From: Eledone cirrhosa
Taxonomy: Eukaryota
Reading direction: 5' to 3'
DNA length: 64,000 bases
NCBI GenBank assembly: GCA_964016885.1
Contig: OZ024744.1
Location: forward strand, 127,348,001-127,412,000
In this document: piece by piece, positions 63,201 to 64,000 of the stretch
Layout: each line of letters starts with the position of its first letter
Numbering within the stretch: the first letter of the stretch is position 1
The notes under the pieces: generated by a model
The model's database searches: none
The model's input: only the letters and a program-made list of their open reading frames with translations
Told to the model about the DNA's origin: nothing
Translations under genes and position numbers: made by a program

Positions 63201-64000
63201 TTAAGTTAAGCTGGGGTTAAGTTAAGTTGGGGTTAAGTTAAGTTGGGGTTGAGTTAAGTTGGGGTTGAGTTAAGTTGGGGTTAAGTTAAGTTGGGGTTAA
63301 GTTAAGTTGGGGTTAAGTTAAGTTGGGGTTAAGTTAAGTTGGGGGTTAGTTAAGTTGGGGGCAAGTTAAGTTGGGGTTAATTTAAGTTGGGGTTAAGTTA
63401 AGTTGGGGTTATGTTAAGTTGGGGTTAAGTTAAGTTGGGGTTAAGTTAAGTTGGGGGTAAGTTAAGTTGGGGTTAAGTTGAGGGTAAGTTAAGTTGGGGT
63501 TAAGTTAAGTTGGGGGTAAGTTAAGTTGGGGGTAAGTTAAGTTGGGGTTAAGTTAAGTTGGGGTTAAATTAAGTTGAGGTTAAGTTAAGTTGGGGTTAAG
63601 TTAAATTGGGGTTAATTTAAGTTGGGGCTAAGTTAAGTTGGGGCTAAGTCAAGTTGGGGTTAAGTCAAGTTGAGGTTAACTTAAGTTGGGGTTATATTAA
63701 GTTGGGGTTAAGTTGGGGTTAAGTTAAGTTGGGGTTGAGTTAAGTTGGGGTTAAGTTAAGTTGGGATTAAGTTAAGTTGGGGTTAAGTTAAGTTCGGCTT
63801 GAGTTAAGTTGGGGTTAAGTTAAGTTGGGGTTAATTTAAGTTGGGGTTAATTTAAGTTGGGGTTAAGATAAGTTGGGGTTAAGTTAAGTTGGGGTTAAGT
63901 TAACTTGGGGTTGAGTTAATTTGGGGTTAAGTTAAGTTGGGGTTAACTTAAGTTGGGGTTAAGTTGGGGTTAAGTTAAGTTGGGGTTAAGTTAAGTTGGG

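Larger units (their letters stand above)
1..64000 (+). repeat. Tandem satellite array of 16-bp monomer (TTAAGTTAAGTTGGGG)n, about 4,000 copies, G-rich strand on +, running off both window ends
   Basis: Seen directly: every line consists of this monomer or variants with 1-2 substitutions, plus 11-, 15- and 17-bp length variants. I saw no unique sequence and no reverse-orientation (CCCCAA) block. Confidence 0.99.

Noticed and set aside
260-63800. Persistence of CpG-creating variants (TTCGG, GTCGG, GGCG, TACG) as evidence for lack of methylation
   Set aside because: The copies are too recent, and for T-to-C variants deamination would simply restore the consensus, so no inference is possible by eye.
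1-64000. Protein-coding ORFs on either strand
   Set aside because: TTAA is palindromic, so TAA occurs twice per monomer on both strands. The 16-bp period rotates the frame, so all six frames close within a few monomers. The ATGs in TTATG/AGATG variants lead nowhere.
1-64000. CRISPR array or other repeat-spacer system
   Set aside because: There are no unique spacers. Monomers abut directly, and no leader or cas genes are present.
1-64000. Variants as a deliberate code, synthetic data storage or a programmed variation cassette
   Set aside because: The pattern is adequately explained by point mutation plus nested duplication and deletion. I saw no adapters, indices, fixed block length or associated machinery.
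1-64000. Pure sequencing or basecalling artefact
   Set aside because: Rare variants recur in exact order at fixed long offsets with a consistent history, which random error would not produce. The copy number of the near-identical large blocks could still be mis-assembled.
1-64000. Nucleosome-phasing or DNA-bending design from the 16-bp period
   Set aside because: There are no A-tracts of 4 or more in the consensus and no evident 150-180-bp variant periodicity, so the idea is unsupported without data.
1-64000. Promoter-like or terminator-like motifs
   Set aside because: Any matches are by-products of the low-complexity repeat, and there is no downstream gene or stable GC hairpin.

Overview
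The whole 64 kb window is one uninterrupted, single-orientation tandem array of a 16-bp G-rich monomer, consensus TTAAG-TTAAG-TTGGGG (reverse complement CCCCAACTTAACTTAA), about 4,000 copies. I found no genes, RNA genes, mobile elements, unique spacers or strand inversions, so I cannot support a coding or multi-gene system here. The information lies in rare variant monomers, which recur in fixed order and reveal nested higher-order repeats (HORs). These are: a ~14.4-kb super-unit in three tandem copies (~12.95-59.77 kb), each remodelled differently; a 1,790-bp unit present 2/3/2 times inside those copies; a 4,498-bp duplication with a templated junction patch; a 2,726-bp deletion; a ~6.8-7.2-kb duplication at the left; and smaller 1.1-kb, 80-bp and 49-bp duplications. 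The monomer looks like a compound telomere-type motif, but the inherited variant pattern points to expansion by recombination or replication rather than by telomerase. The best candidate for something new is a telomere-like satellite (subtelomeric, interstitial, centromeric or telomere-replacing) with multi-level HOR architecture. Offsets were counted by hand from marker variants. Block boundaries are approximate (tens of bp) because junctions fall in consensus monomers. Organism and chromosomal position cannot be determined from the window.
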